DNA of 18,303 nucleotides from Escherichia coli (GTDB lineage Bacteria; Pseudomonadota; Gammaproteobacteria; Enterobacterales; Enterobacteriaceae): NCBI RefSeq assembly GCF_003334815.1, contig NZ_QOWO01000054.1; one strand, 5' to 3'. Shown piece by piece: positions 17,931 to 18,303 of this stretch (position 1 is its first letter; each line of letters starts with the position of its first letter). The notes under the pieces were generated by a model. It saw only the letters and a program-made list of their open reading frames with translations, ran no database searches and was not told where the DNA came from. The position numbers and the translations under genes were made by a program.

Positions 17931-18303
17931 ATGAAGTTGATTATTTTTATTCTCATTGTTCTGATTATTGCAGCGTTACTTATCCGGATTATCCTCAGAA
18001 GTGTAAATCAGCATTCTCCTTTGCTGATGCAATTGCATGCGGCAGGTATACGGACCGGTGATGCAGAGCGAATACTGTCCAGCGGTGAATACTGGCAACG
18101 TCAGAAGACGCTGCTGACAGAAAGGGAAGTCAGTTTTATGAAAGGACTGTTCAGAATTGTGGATATGAAGCGGTGGTATCTGTGTCCGCAGGTACGGGTC
18201 GCGGATATCGTCCAGCTGAACGGGAATATCCGGCCACGATCACGCCAGTGGTGGCAGTTATTCAGGATGGTGTCTCAGTGGCATGTTGATGTGGTTATCG
18301 TTG
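17931..18303 (+). CDS. Second DUF2726-like membrane-anchored protein, paralog of 15236..15802; 3' end outside the window
   Basis: ATG at 17931 with AGGAG upstream; open to the window end, so absent from the ORF track. N-terminal helix MKLIIFILIVLIIAALLIRIIL, then the same core as the first paralog: LCPQVRVADIV...WWQLFRMVSQWHVDVVI. Confidence 0.7.
   Translation, partial: MKLIIFILIVLIIAALLIRIILRSVNQHSPLLMQLHAAGIRTGDAERILSSGEYWQRQKTLLTEREVSFMKGLFRIVDMKRWYLCPQVRVADIVQLNGNIRPRSRQWWQLFRMVSQWHVDVVIV

Overview
The window joins two well-known modules and a less-characterised tail. Positions 1..7510 are the right-hand part of a Tn21-family mercury-resistance transposon: a probable IS21-family end, then the In2-type tni module (tniB, tniA, IRt at 2853..2877), the EAL-domain gene urf2 cut by the integron insertion, the full mer operon merE-merD-merA-merC-merP-merT on the minus strand, divergent merR, and the 38-bp IRmer at 7473..7510. 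IRmer abuts what looks like the last 12 codons of traT, so the transposon appears to sit inside the F-like surface-exclusion gene. Downstream on the plus strand are F-like transfer genes traD and traI, a DUF2726-like gene wedged between traI and traX, then traX. The last 1.8 kb is visibly AT-richer and carries a small W/R-rich ORF, a secreted thermonuclease, an hha-family gene broken by a single-base frameshift, and a second DUF2726-like paralog running off the window end. finO is not found where F and R100 have it. All calls are from reading the sequence and recalled protein families; no database search was run. The most novel candidate is the pair of DUF2726-like membrane-anchored paralogs bracketing traX and the nuclease; I cannot show it is undescribed.
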